DNA of 64,000 nucleotides from Microcoleus sp. (GTDB lineage Bacteria; Cyanobacteriota; Cyanobacteriia; Cyanobacteriales; Microcoleaceae): NCBI GenBank assembly GCA_052279835.1, contig CP181291.1, positions 5,824,001 to 5,888,000 of the forward strand, read 5' to 3'. Shown piece by piece: positions 1 to 10,094 of this stretch (position 1 is its first letter; each line of letters starts with the position of its first letter). The notes under the pieces were generated by a model. It saw only the letters and a program-made list of their open reading frames with translations, ran no database searches and was not told where the DNA came from. The position numbers and the translations under genes were made by a program.

Positions 1-2
1 AT

Positions 3-3000
3 TTCACCGGTAAAGGTAATACTTTTGGTTGGGAAGATATACCTGGAAATCAGGCCGATCGCGATTTTAATGACTTGATTTTTGCGATCGATGGCGCGAC
101 GGCAAATGTACCCGAAATTGCAGCAAATGTCAATGCCAATACTCAATGGCTGGAGTCAAAAGCAGGTCAGGAAATTCTAAATAAGGCGCTACTTAATGAT
201 AAGCCTCCTGCGATTAAACCCGTTGTAGATATTGCCTTAACTCCCGCACAGCCTACCCGCATAATTGACCTCGCTCAAGTATTTGTTGACCCGGAAGCCA
301 GCACTTTAAAATATGAAGTGGTTGAGGGTAACAGCCCATCTTTAGCTGTTAGTTTGCAGGGTAATAATTTACAACTGACAGGATTGCCACAATCGGGAGT
401 AACAGATGTCGTAATTCGGGCCACGGATGCAGCAGGTAATTCTGTTATTCACAACTTTGCAGTTACTAATAGCAATCTCAGTACGGAGTCAATTACTGCT
501 GTCAATAATGCCCTCACAGATTTCACAAAAGTCATCAATCAAAATTCGCAAAGTTTTAGCGAGGCTTTGAGTACCGATGCAGCAGCAGAGTCTCTGGAAA
601 ACCTAGCAACTTTATTAGAACAATATCCCGATGCTCTGCCGCTATTCAATAAACCAGATTCTCTGGCTAAACTTGGCATAAGTGACAGCAATCTGCCGAC
701 AATCAAACAATTGCTGCAAAGTCCAGAAGTAGCGGCAGAATTTGGGCTGTCAGTGTCTTTAGGGGAAGCTTTGAGCCATCCTGATTCAGCAGATATTGAT
801 AAATTTTTGTTGAATGCTGATGAGGCAATTTATCTGCTTCCCTCTGATGCTCATCAGCCGAAAGTTGGGTTTATTGATTTTACTGAAGGAGAACACATTC
901 AGCGAGTGACTTCGGCATTTTCTTCGATTAATTCTCTGGCTAAATATGATACTTTTACTGTGGATCGCGGGAATTGGGCGGAGCAATTAATTCGGTTTGT
1001 AGATGAAGTGAAAGCCAAGGGTGAAAATCGGGCGATCGCCAATTTAAGTTTCGATTTATCCCAATTAGATGATATCGGCATTACCACTCGTTACGAACTC
1101 ACTCCAGAAGAACAAACCGCCATTCAATACGCTCGCGAAAATAATGTTTTGCTAGTTGTTGCCACAGGTAATACTGGCGGTGTGATGTCAGCTTTAGGGG
1201 CGGCTAGCAAGCAATTTGATAACATTATTACTGTCGGTGCTGTTAATCAATTTGAGTCTAAAACTGATTATTCTGCCTACGGTGAAGGACTCGATTTAAT
1301 GGCTCCTGGGGGTTCCTGGGCGAACGATGCTAATGCTTTTGTCGGTACTTCGCGATCGGCATCCTATGTCACAGCCGCGGCTTCTTTAGTTTGGGCAGCA
1401 AATCCAGCATTAAGTTTGACACAAGTCAAGCAATTGCTGATAGATACCGCAGCAGATTTGAATACACCTGGATGGGATAAAGAAACTGGGGCGGGTTTGG
1501 TAGATGTAAAAAGTGCGATCGATCGCGCTTTATCACTTGAACCAAAACCCCTAGAACCACTAAAACCAGGGTTGCAGGTAAGTTTATTTAGTGGGGAAGG
1601 CCGCGTTGAAACATTAGCTAGAGCGGCATCTGAGCCAACTGAAAAGGCAATTTTTGAGTTAGACAAAGCCCAGCAAGATTTACTCGAACAGTGGCAAGTA
1701 TTAGCAGATTTGGGCAATCCGTCTCTCAGTTTGTCAGATTTGCAAGCTGACTCAGTTCAGAAAATTGCCGATGCTTTGAATAAGTACCAGCAAGTTAGTA
1801 CGAATGCTGGAATTACAGACGCTCACAACCAACAAAGAGTCGAAGAATTAGCCCTGGCAACAAGTCACTATCTGATTGAAAACGACCGACTGCAAAAGCT
1901 GTTAGCTCAACGTAAGGAACTTGAGGAAAGATTAGCTAAACTTGGCAAAGATAAATCGGATTTAGAGGCAGAAACTCAAAAACTGTTAGAAGCAATTCAA
2001 GCACAAATTGCCAAAGCTGAAACAGATTTGGCTAAAGCTCAAGCTAAATTGCTCAATCCTTTTGCCAATGTTGGCGATAATTTGCAGACAGATCCCGCAC
2101 CTTGGCGGGAAGCTGCAAATAAACAACAAGAATTTGCCTCTAATTTTCAAGAACAAGCAGCGATGCAAGATGCAGAAGCGGCTAGATTTAGTGCAATTTC
2201 TAACAGCATTAATCCCCTCCGCTGGCAACCTGTTGGTTCAGAAAAAGGCAGATGTGGTCGTCGCCAAGAAATTTGGGGTATGGCAAATGACCCGAACTTG
2301 TTAAAACAGAAAAATCAATCGCAATGGCAATCCCAAATTGCTAGTCAAAATTCTCAAAGTTTACAGCAGTTATCACAGCAAGCAGCACAGCAGGAAGGTG
2401 CTTTAAATCAGTACGCTCAATTCCTAGAAGAAAGACCAACTAATCTCGGTGAAGACGGTATTGAGAAGGCTGATAAAGTGGTGCAAATTTTGGAAGAACA
2501 GGCCGCACAACAAGCAAAAATTGCTGAAAATTATGCTAATTTAGCTGCTATTGCTGCATTGCGTCAACAGCAAAATCAAACTCAAGCTAATTGGCACAAT
2601 TCTCAAATAAATCGTCAGGAACAAGTAGGGACTAAACGCACTGGTCGATCGGGAAGCAAAACCGAACCTGTTTATGGAAATGTATACTATCCCGAACATA
2701 TTGCGCCGCGAGATATGGCTCAACAATTAGCTAATCAAGCTGCTGCGGAATCCCAAGCTTACGGACAGTTAGCCAAACAAGCAGAGCAACAAACAAGCGC
2801 CCTGAAAGAACAGGCAAGAAAGTTAAAAACTAACATTAAAGATTGGCCTGTTTTGAAACAGGGAATTGACTATGAAATTGCGGCGGATGCGTTACGGTTG
2901 CAAGCTGAACAAGATTTGTTGGCTTTGCACGATCCGGTACAGCGGCAAAAGTTAGAAACGCTGCTTAAAGAGATCGATTTAGCTGAAAAAGAACTGCAAA

Positions 3001-6000
3001 GGTTGGAGAATGAAAAGATTCCCGCGCAACAGCAGTTAACCGATGCAACCGAAAATCAGTTGAAAGCAAGTCAGGCTCAATTAGAGGCAATTCAAGCTGA
3101 GAAAGCCGAAGCTGTAAAGAATTTGCAAAACTTCTTAGAAACTGCTGGTTTCTTGTTGCCCTATCGCGAGAGATTGTTGGCGGTTGACAAACAAATTGAG
3201 AAATTAGAATCGGAACAATTGGATGCGTTCAAGACAGTTTTAGAGTTACAGAATCAATTGCAGAAAAATCCCAGCGATAGTTTGCAGCAACAGTTGAACA
3301 ACTGGCGAAATTATTTGCAGAATTTAGAGCAAGAATTGGCTTGGGCAAAGTTGCAGCGCGACCAGTTAGCAATGGCTTTGGCTGATTCGCCGGAACGATT
3401 GGCAATAGCTAACTTAATCAAAACTCTCGAAACCGCACCCGCATCTCTCAATCCTCAAGCTAAAATTGCATTCTTGAAGTCGATCGAAGGAAGTGGCGCG
3501 AATTTCTTAGCTGGGTTTGATAATTTAGCTAGTCGCTTAACTCAAGGGAAAACTGAGCAAGCACAAACTGAGAAATCTCTCGCAGCACTCCAGAAAGAAT
3601 ATCGCGAGTTGGGTTTGAAGAAAGCCGATTTAGAAAAACAGATTCCAGAGAAACAAAAACAAATTGTTGATAAAGACAAGGAAATTCAGGGGACGGAAAG
3701 TGCGATCGCCCAAACTACATCCAGTTTATCGACGGTTGCCGCAGCACAACTGACGGATATCCCAAGTGCGATCGCCTCTACAGATACCGCTATTCAGCAG
3801 CAAAAATCAGCCGTACAAGGCTATCAAAATCAAATCAATCAAGCCTTTGCGGCTGCTAATTCATTGGAACAGCAACGGCAAGCTAATCAAAATGCAGCTA
3901 ATTACTGGAACAGTCAGATTTATGTGTTTAATGCCGATGCTTATCTAGCTTATAACCCTGATGTTGCAAAGGCTTTTGGCTGGAACCCAAAATTAGCTTA
4001 TCAACACTATCTCTCCTATGGCAGATACGAAGGACGATTGCCTAATCCACAAGCAGCCGTGTATCGAAATAATCATCAAGCTGCTGCTAATTATTTGGCT
4101 CAACAGCGAGATTTAGCTACCTCAAATGCACAACAACTAAATGCCACTTTACAGCCTCAAATTGCCACGGCTCAACAGCAAATAGGTACACTGGAAACAG
4201 ACAAAAACCTTTTAGTTAAGCTATCAGGATTAAATGCTCAACTCTCCCAACAACAACAGCAGCGGGATAATCTTGTCAAAGATTTAGAAAAGCTGAATCA
4301 ACAAAAAGCTGATACAGAACAAAAACTAATTGACAAATATCGAGAAATTGAACTTACCAGTCAATACTTGCAGCAAGTTGAAGGTGAAGTCGATCGCCTG
4401 CAAAGTCGCCTTGATGTTCTCAATCGCACTGGTGTTTTGCAAACTAAATACCAGCAGGATTGGAACGCATGGCAGCAAGCAAATCAAACTCAAGTAACTG
4501 CCACAGAATCTTTATTAGCAACCCGTCAAGCTGGATCGGCAGACAGGCAACTATTGGCTGATTTGCAGTCACAATTAAAGCCTGTTCAAGAGAATCTGCA
4601 AAAAGGGCGATCGCTCCAAAAATCTCTGGACGATACTCAACAAGCCCTCGCTTTTACCAACCTGCAAATCGGCAACCAAAATTTAGTGATTCAAAGTGCG
4701 ATCGATAACGATCCCGGCCTCGCAGCAGCGGAACGATATCAATTGAATTTAGCTGATGCCAGTCGGCAAAAAACCTGGTATTGGAATGGCAGTGCTTGGG
4801 CTTACAATGCTGGGGAAGCTGCGGCCGCTCGCAGTTATTTGCAAGCAGCTTCATTTATCGCAGATGAGCGTAACAAATTGTGGCAGCGCCGTCAAGATGC
4901 AGCGAAAAAAATTAACGAATTAACTCAGAAAGCGGCAGAGCAACAGTCACAAATTGCGAGTCTGAGTTCCCAGTTACAAGCCTTGGGAGGGATGACACAA
5001 CTTGAGGCAGGTTTTAATACGGTACAAAGTGCGATCGCCTCTGTGAATCAGCGCTTGCAACCCCTGCAAAATCGCGAAAATCAACTGATTCAAACCATCA
5101 AAAATGCAGCATCTCAGGCCGCAAATCTGGCCGCCGAAATGGCACAAACAACTCAATTAAAATCAACTTCACTGCGTCAGCTAATTGGTTTGGGAATGCT
5201 GGCTTCCGAATCCGATGTTGATTTCTTTGCAACACAAGTCGATCCGCAAGTCAATACTCACTTGGAAAAATTGCGCGGTCAAGGTCAAGATTTGACAAAT
5301 CAAATTAACAGCATTAATGACTTAGTTACTAATTGGGAACAGCAACTCGCCAATACAACTGAGCCGGAGGAGCAAGAATATCTGAAGAATTCGATCGAGA
5401 TGTCAAAATCTCAAATTAGCAGTTTAGAAGCATTGCAAGCATCGAGTCTAACTGCCGCTGACGATTTAGAAAAATTGCTGAAACAAGCAACAGATGCCCT
5501 GCTTCCCTTGCGCCAAAAGCAAGAATTAGAAATCCGCCAGAAGCTAGAAAGCAATGACAATCGCCTCAATGCTTTGCAATCTCAACTCAACTCCGAAAAC
5601 GCGGCTGAGGCGGCAATTAAAGATAACACCGTGCTAGCTCATGCCCAACTTACCGACCAAGTTCGCCAAGATTTAACTAATAGCGTCAACAACAAAACTC
5701 AAGAGCTATTAGAGGGCAACCCGATGACGAAAAAATTGGGTGATAATCAGCAAAAGTTGTCTGAATCTGTTGATGGTTTGATAGCTGAAATTGACGATCG
5801 ATTTGCTGAACCCTACGGCGCATATCAGCGGAGTGAGGCGAATCTGGAGGATGGGATTAAGACTCTTGGGGTTGTGGAAAATCTCGCGGATGCACTGGAT
5901 GATGGTGTTACTTCTACTGAGGAGGCGATCGAGAAAATTAAACTCCGCATTAAACAGGATGAAGAGTTGTGGCAAGAAATTGCTCCGATTGCGATGCGTT

Positions 6001-9000
6001 ACGGTGTTGAGTCGCAAGAATTGAAGGATTATCAGCAACAGTATCAAGCGATATTAGAAGCTAAATCACCTAAGTTAGCTCAAGCTCAGACTTTACTCAC
6101 CAATGCTGAATCATTGCAGAAACAGGCTGCATCGGAGTCCAACCGCTCTACAATTCTGACTCAGCAAATTACAGCCCTAAAAAATACACTCCCAACACAA
6201 ATCAGGAATTTATTGGAGCAATCGAACCAAATCAATAATGTTCAGGGGATATCTCCTTTTGGTCAAAAGTTAAACATCAATCTGGCCAACCAATTGACAT
6301 CAATTTTGAATGCTTATCCTTATGCTGACATTATCAACCAGATAAATTCGCTGCAACAACAAGTTCAAGCGGCTCAAAATCAATCTTCAGCCCTAACTCA
6401 ACAAGCAACTAACTTGCAGAAACAGGCTGATATTCTCAAAGAACAGGCTAATGATGATGTTAACGCAGAAGTAAAAACATTGCGTTCAAAATTCTTAGAA
6501 GAGCATCCTGAAAATGGTACAGCGATTAATTCGTTGCAAGGAGCAACTTTAGAAGGACGCAGCTCAAATCAGCACATATCCAAGTTGTTAAATTCAACAG
6601 TGGATGAATTACTAGCTGCTGATGCTGTCGAAGGGCGAACTCCAAATCAAACACTATTTGAAAAAGCAAAAGCCGAACAAGCATCCCACGAAGCGCAAGG
6701 TTATGCAGCTTTAGCACAAGCAGATTGGTACGAACAACGAGCAGCGTATCATTGGTCTGTTATTAACAGAAATCGCGCCAATTGGCAATCTAGTCCCTAT
6801 TGGTCAGAAGAGCGCTGTTACAGAGGCAGGAGTGGCAAGAGAAAATGTGAATGGGTAACGCACGTTGACCATAATTGGATTCTTTGGGATACCTACTCTA
6901 AGCTATTTCCCCAGTTGCGGCAACAAGGAATTGCACATCTCGCAGAAGCCGATAAATGGCGCAAGGAAAAAGAGCGAATCGAACCGCTGGCGAAACAGTG
7001 GACTGACGCAAATAATGCGGCCAATGAAGCCCAACCTCCTGTTAAAGAAGCCCGCGATTTCTTTGCACAATTAGAAGAGGCTCGCAAGTCGATTCCCGGT
7101 GACAAAATTCAATTAGAATTATTAGAAAATCTGTTGCCAACGCTGAAGCAACAGTTAGAACAAGCGGAGTCTGAAGCCGCCGCCCAAAATGCTAAAGTGC
7201 AACAACAATGGGAAGACTACGATACTAATTCTGAGGAGTATCGCGCTGCTGTTGCCGATATCCTGGCACGTCGCGGTGAACTGAACAAACAAGCCATAGA
7301 AACTCAGCAACAAATTGCAGATGTAGAAAAATGGGTTGAGCGGCAAAGTGTAGCCCTAGCACCGGAATTAGCAGGCACGAAAGCGCTAATTGATTCCCTG
7401 AAACAGCAACAGCAAGCAATCACCAATCAAATTGCCGAATTTGTCAAACAAGGTGCTACTGTAGACGGTTTGCAAGACTTATATAGCAAAGAAGCCCAGT
7501 TAAAACAAACCTTGCAGCTACTGACAAATAAAGCTGCAATCCTCACCGCCCAGCAAACCGCGCTGACTCAAAAACGGACGCTGTTAACAGCACAAAATGA
7601 GGTAATTATTGCCGAACAAAGGTTACTTGACGCCTACACCAAAGACCCCGATGCCGACACTAGCAATTTGCAGAAACAATTGCAAGATGCCCGCGCTGCT
7701 TTAGCCGAAGCCCAGCGCTTAGCAGAACAAGCTGAAGCTGCTAGCAAGATTCTCACCGCACCATTGCAACAATTGAAAGAGGATTTGTTGGTGCAAAATG
7801 ACGAACATCTCAAGCTAGCGAGGGAAAATCAACAGATTCTGAAAGCGTTGGTAGAAGCTACTCAGGCGAATGCTAACTACACCATTCAAGCAGCACAAAA
7901 GCAGCAACAAGTCAACATTTTAGAGTCCCAGATTTTGCAGCGATTGCAGGCAATTACCGAAAATGCCGCACAAGAAGCCAAGCAAAGACTTTTACAAGCA
8001 GCGGCAAATGATATGGCGACGGCAGCAGAGATTTACTATCGCGATTACAGCGACTTAGCGAGCGATAAAGGCAGTAGCTCTAGTCGCGGTTTAGCGCAGC
8101 CCCAAGACAGAATTTTAGCAGACAGATACTATCAGGAAATGCTGAATAACCGGGAGTTGCAGCGTCGCGCTCAAGCACAAGCTGATGCCTTTGGAGCAGC
8201 GAGAAAAACTGCTGAAGCACAGATGAAAACGCTGCAAGCACAGCAAGAAACTGCTGCTAAAATATTGAGAGATTTAAATGACAAAATTGCCACTACCCAG
8301 GAAGAAAGGGAGAAAAAAGAACAGGAATTAGCCATTGCTCAAGCTCGTCTGGATGGGATTGCTCGCATCCGCGAACAAACTGAACAAACCTTTATTCAGT
8401 TAGTAACCATCGAAAAACTGGATTTAGCCCAAGCGAAATTAGAGCAAGAAATTGCCGAATCCCGTCAGAAGGGAATTGATGAAGCAGTGCAAGCGAGGAT
8501 GGAACGAGACAGACTAGAAACGGCACGTCAGAGAACAGAAACTGTTGCCAAAATCGAACAGTTGCGGCAACTGCAAGCGGAAGATAATCTGCGGCAAGCA
8601 TTAAATCAGGGGCGGGGAAATCTGGGAATGACTACCCTCGAAGCAACGGACGATCCGGTGCAATTGCAAACACAATTAGCGGGACTTCTCGCATCGCTGA
8701 AAGATTTGGAAACTCAGCAGGAATCTGATTTACCAGCAGATTTGAAGGCTTTGTTAGCAGAAGCGCGGGGTGATATCCATGAAGCGCTGCAAGGGAAAGA
8801 AGCGGCGAATATTCAGGAAAATCTGCTGAAGGCAATGGACGGTTTAATCGGGCAAATTCAGCAGTACAAAACTGAGATAAATCGCATCGATCTAGAGGAA
8901 CAGTGGGATAGTCAGTTGTTGCAAACTGCTCAGACAGATTTGCAAGGTGCTTCTCAACAATTGTTGAAAGAGTTGCAGCGTGCTGAGGAATTATCGGGTG

Positions 9001-9968
9001 AAAAGCAGGTGATTGAGCCGCTGTATATGCTGGCTTTGACTAAGCTTGCTTATGCGGAACAAGCGGTTGAGATGTCTGGTAATTTGGCTGAGCAGTCGAA
9101 GGAAATGCTCGACCAAATTATCAAGCAGCGGGTTGCGGAACGGAAGGCTCGGAAGAAGGCTTTTTGGAATAAGATTTTGGGGATTGTCAGTGGTGTGATT
9201 GGTCTGCTGAGTGCCATTACCTTTTTTATCCCAGGCCTACAACCACTTTCCATAATTCTGGGGGCTGCAAGTGCTGGAATTAATGCGATTCAATCAATCA
9301 TCAACGGCGACTGGTTGGGTGGTATTTTTAGTATTGTGATGGCAGGGGTAAATGTTGTTACCGCTGGCATGGGCAATGCACTAACTAAAGGCACTCAATT
9401 AGCAATTAAAGGATTGCAATCTGTTGCTACTGGTGCTTTTAATGGTGTTCGTTCCATGATGTCTGGTGACAATATTATGGGATTCTTGCAAATTTTAGGA
9501 GGTGTCGCGGGTGCTGTTACTTCTGGGCTTTCTAGTTTCATTGGTCAAGCACCTTCTTTAATTCAAAAAATGATGCTGCAAGTTTTCAATAGTTTGCAAA
9601 AAGTACCAACCATGATTTATAGTGGGATTAAATCAATTGAGAATGGCGATTGGTTTAGCGCGATTGGCAACATCTTTAATTCTGTTATCACTCTTGGTAC
9701 AAACTTCGCTGGAGTGTTTAATAGTACGGCTGGCAAAGTATTTGAATATCTGGGTAAAATTGGGAATACTGGTTTAGCCATAGGTGGCGCGATTAAGGAG
9801 GGCAGTATTGAAGGTTGGTTGTCTGGAATTACCAGCATCATTGATATGTGGGGGTCAGATATTGTCAAGTTGGTCGATCGGCTAAAAGGAGAACCACTTA
9901 ACCCAGTTCTGGTGGGAGAAGGTGGCGATTTGGTTTCTTCTTGTTTATCTGAAAAATCAGCACCGTAG
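3..9968 (+). CDS. Giant multidomain protein (5'-truncated by window edge): DUF4114-like motif, Ig/cadherin-like domain, S8 subtilisin domain, ~2500 aa coiled coil, hydrophobic Gly-rich C-terminus
   Basis: The frame is open from base 3 (FTGKGNTFGWEDIPGNQADRDFNDLIF, a DUF4114-type FGWED..DxDFND motif). S8 motifs VGFIDF / EHIQRV / VATGN / GTSRSASYVTAAASL lie at ~860-1530. Q/E/A/L-rich heptads run ~1600-9150, and a hydrophobic amphipathic region runs ~9160-9880. Confidence 0.8.
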   Translation, partial: FTGKGNTFGWEDIPGNQADRDFNDLIFAIDGATANVPEIAANVNANTQWLESKAGQEILNKALLNDKPPAIKPVVDIALTPAQPTRIIDLAQVFVDPEASTLKYEVVEGNSPSLAVSLQGNNLQLTGLPQSGVTDVVIRATDAAGNSVIHNFAVTNSNLSTESITAVNNALTDFTKVINQNSQSFSEALSTDAAAESLENLATLLEQYPDALPLFNKPDSLAKLGISDSNLPTIKQLLQSPEVAAEFGLSVSLGEALSHPDSADIDKFLLNADEAIYLLPSDAHQPKVGFIDFTEGEHIQRVTSAFSSINSLAKYDTFTVDRGNWAEQLIRFVDEVKAKGENRAIANLSFDLSQLDDIGITTRYELTPEEQTAIQYARENNVLLVVATGNTGGVMSALGAASKQFDNIITVGAVNQFESKTDYSAYGEGLDLMAPGGSWANDANAFVGTSRSASYVTAAASLVWAANPALSLTQVKQLLIDTAADLNTPGWDKETGAGLVDVKSAIDRALSLEPKPLEPLKPGLQVSLFSGEGRVETLARAASEPTEKAIFELDKAQQDLLEQWQVLADLGNPSLSLSDLQADSVQKIADALNKYQQVSTNAGITDAHNQQRVEELALATSHYLIENDRLQKLLAQRKELEERLAKLGKDKSDLEAETQKLLEAIQAQIAKAETDLAKAQAKLLNPFANVGDNLQTDPAPWREAANKQQEFASNFQEQAAMQDAEAARFSAISNSINPLRWQPVGSEKGRCGRRQEIWGMANDPNLLKQKNQSQWQSQIASQNSQSLQQLSQQAAQQEGALNQYAQFLEERPTNLGEDGIEKADKVVQILEEQAAQQAKIAENYANLAAIAALRQQQNQTQANWHNSQINRQEQVGTKRTGRSGSKTEPVYGNVYYPEHIAPRDMAQQLANQAAAESQAYGQLAKQAEQQTSALKEQARKLKTNIKDWPVLKQGIDYEIAADALRLQAEQDLLALHDPVQRQKLETLLKEIDLAEKELQRLENEKIPAQQQLTDATENQLKASQAQLEAIQAEKAEAVKNLQNFLETAGFLLPYRERLLAVDKQIEKLESEQLDAFKTVLELQNQLQKNPSDSLQQQLNNWRNYLQNLEQELAWAKLQRDQLAMALADSPERLAIANLIKTLETAPASLNPQAKIAFLKSIEGSGANFLAGFDNLASRLTQGKTEQAQTEKSLAALQKEYRELGLKKADLEKQIPEKQKQIVDKDKEIQGTESAIAQTTSSLSTVAAAQLTDIPSAIASTDTAIQQQKSAVQGYQNQINQAFAAANSLEQQRQANQNAANYWNSQIYVFNADAYLAYNPDVAKAFGWNPKLAYQHYLSYGRYEGRLPNPQAAVYRNNHQAAANYLAQQRDLATSNAQQLNATLQPQIATAQQQIGTLETDKNLLVKLSGLNAQLSQQQQQRDNLVKDLEKLNQQKADTEQKLIDKYREIELTSQYLQQVEGEVDRLQSRLDVLNRTGVLQTKYQQDWNAWQQANQTQVTATESLLATRQAGSADRQLLADLQSQLKPVQENLQKGRSLQKSLDDTQQALAFTNLQIGNQNLVIQSAIDNDPGLAAAERYQLNLADASRQKTWYWNGSAWAYNAGEAAAARSYLQAASFIADERNKLWQRRQDAAKKINELTQKAAEQQSQIASLSSQLQALGGMTQLEAGFNTVQSAIASVNQRLQPLQNRENQLIQTIKNAASQAANLAAEMAQTTQLKSTSLRQLIGLGMLASESDVDFFATQVDPQVNTHLEKLRGQGQDLTNQINSINDLVTNWEQQLANTTEPEEQEYLKNSIEMSKSQISSLEALQASSLTAADDLEKLLKQATDALLPLRQKQELEIRQKLESNDNRLNALQSQLNSENAAEAAIKDNTVLAHAQLTDQVRQDLTNSVNNKTQELLEGNPMTKKLGDNQQKLSESVDGLIAEIDDRFAEPYGAYQRSEANLEDGIKTLGVVENLADALDDGVTSTEEAIEKIKLRIKQDEELWQEIAPIAMRYGVESQELKDYQQQYQAILEAKSPKLAQAQTLLTNAESLQKQAASESNRSTILTQQITALKNTLPTQIRNLLEQSNQINNVQGISPFGQKLNINLANQLTSILNAYPYADIINQINSLQQQVQAAQNQSSALTQQATNLQKQADILKEQANDDVNAEVKTLRSKFLEEHPENGTAINSLQGATLEGRSSNQHISKLLNSTVDELLAADAVEGRTPNQTLFEKAKAEQASHEAQGYAALAQADWYEQRAAYHWSVINRNRANWQSSPYWSEERCYRGRSGKRKCEWVTHVDHNWILWDTYSKLFPQLRQQGIAHLAEADKWRKEKERIEPLAKQWTDANNAANEAQPPVKEARDFFAQLEEARKSIPGDKIQLELLENLLPTLKQQLEQAESEAAAQNAKVQQQWEDYDTNSEEYRAAVADILARRGELNKQAIETQQQIADVEKWVERQSVALAPELAGTKALIDSLKQQQQAITNQIAEFVKQGATVDGLQDLYSKEAQLKQTLQLLTNKAAILTAQQTALTQKRTLLTAQNEVIIAEQRLLDAYTKDPDADTSNLQKQLQDARAALAEAQRLAEQAEAASKILTAPLQQLKEDLLVQNDEHLKLARENQQILKALVEATQANANYTIQAAQKQQQVNILESQILQRLQAITENAAQEAKQRLLQAAANDMATAAEIYYRDYSDLASDKGSSSSRGLAQPQDRILADRYYQEMLNNRELQRRAQAQADAFGAARKTAEAQMKTLQAQQETAAKILRDLNDKIATTQEEREKKEQELAIAQARLDGIARIREQTEQTFIQLVTIEKLDLAQAKLEQEIAESRQKGIDEAVQARMERDRLETARQRTETVAKIEQLRQLQAEDNLRQALNQGRGNLGMTTLEATDDPVQLQTQLAGLLASLKDLETQQESDLPADLKALLAEARGDIHEALQGKEAANIQENLLKAMDGLIGQIQQYKTEINRIDLEEQWDSQLLQTAQTDLQGASQQLLKELQRAEELSGEKQVIEPLYMLALTKLAYAEQAVEMSGNLAEQSKEMLDQIIKQRVAERKARKKAFWNKILGIVSGVIGLLSAITFFIPGLQPLSIILGAASAGINAIQSIINGDWLGGIFSIVMAGVNVVTAGMGNALTKGTQLAIKGLQSVATGAFNGVRSMMSGDNIMGFLQILGGVAGAVTSGLSSFIGQAPSLIQKMMLQVFNSLQKVPTMIYSGIKSIENGDWFSAIGNIFNSVITLGTNFAGVFNSTAGKVFEYLGKIGNTGLAIGGAIKEGSIEGWLSGITSIIDMWGSDIVKLVDRLKGEPLNPVLVGEGGDLVSSCLSEKSAP

Positions 9969-10044
9969 GTTGGGTTGAGGTAACGAAACCCAACATCTAA
10001 CCACACATCAAAGTTGGGTTTCTCTATCGTTCAACCCAACCTAC
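9965..10044. repeat. GTAG-type REP doublet (REPIN-like palindrome)
   Basis: GTAGGTTGGGTTGA...TCAACCCAACCTAC inverted ends with internal AAACCCAAC/GTTGGGTTT arms. Confidence 0.8.
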
Positions 10045-10094
10045 TATTTCACTACAATTTCACACAAACACACAATAATTTAGAGGACAAAATC

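Noticed and set aside
10014..10094. TTG start of the Rhs ORF given in the track
   Set aside because: It lies inside the REP element; the ATG at 10095 has an RBS and starts the recognisable domain.
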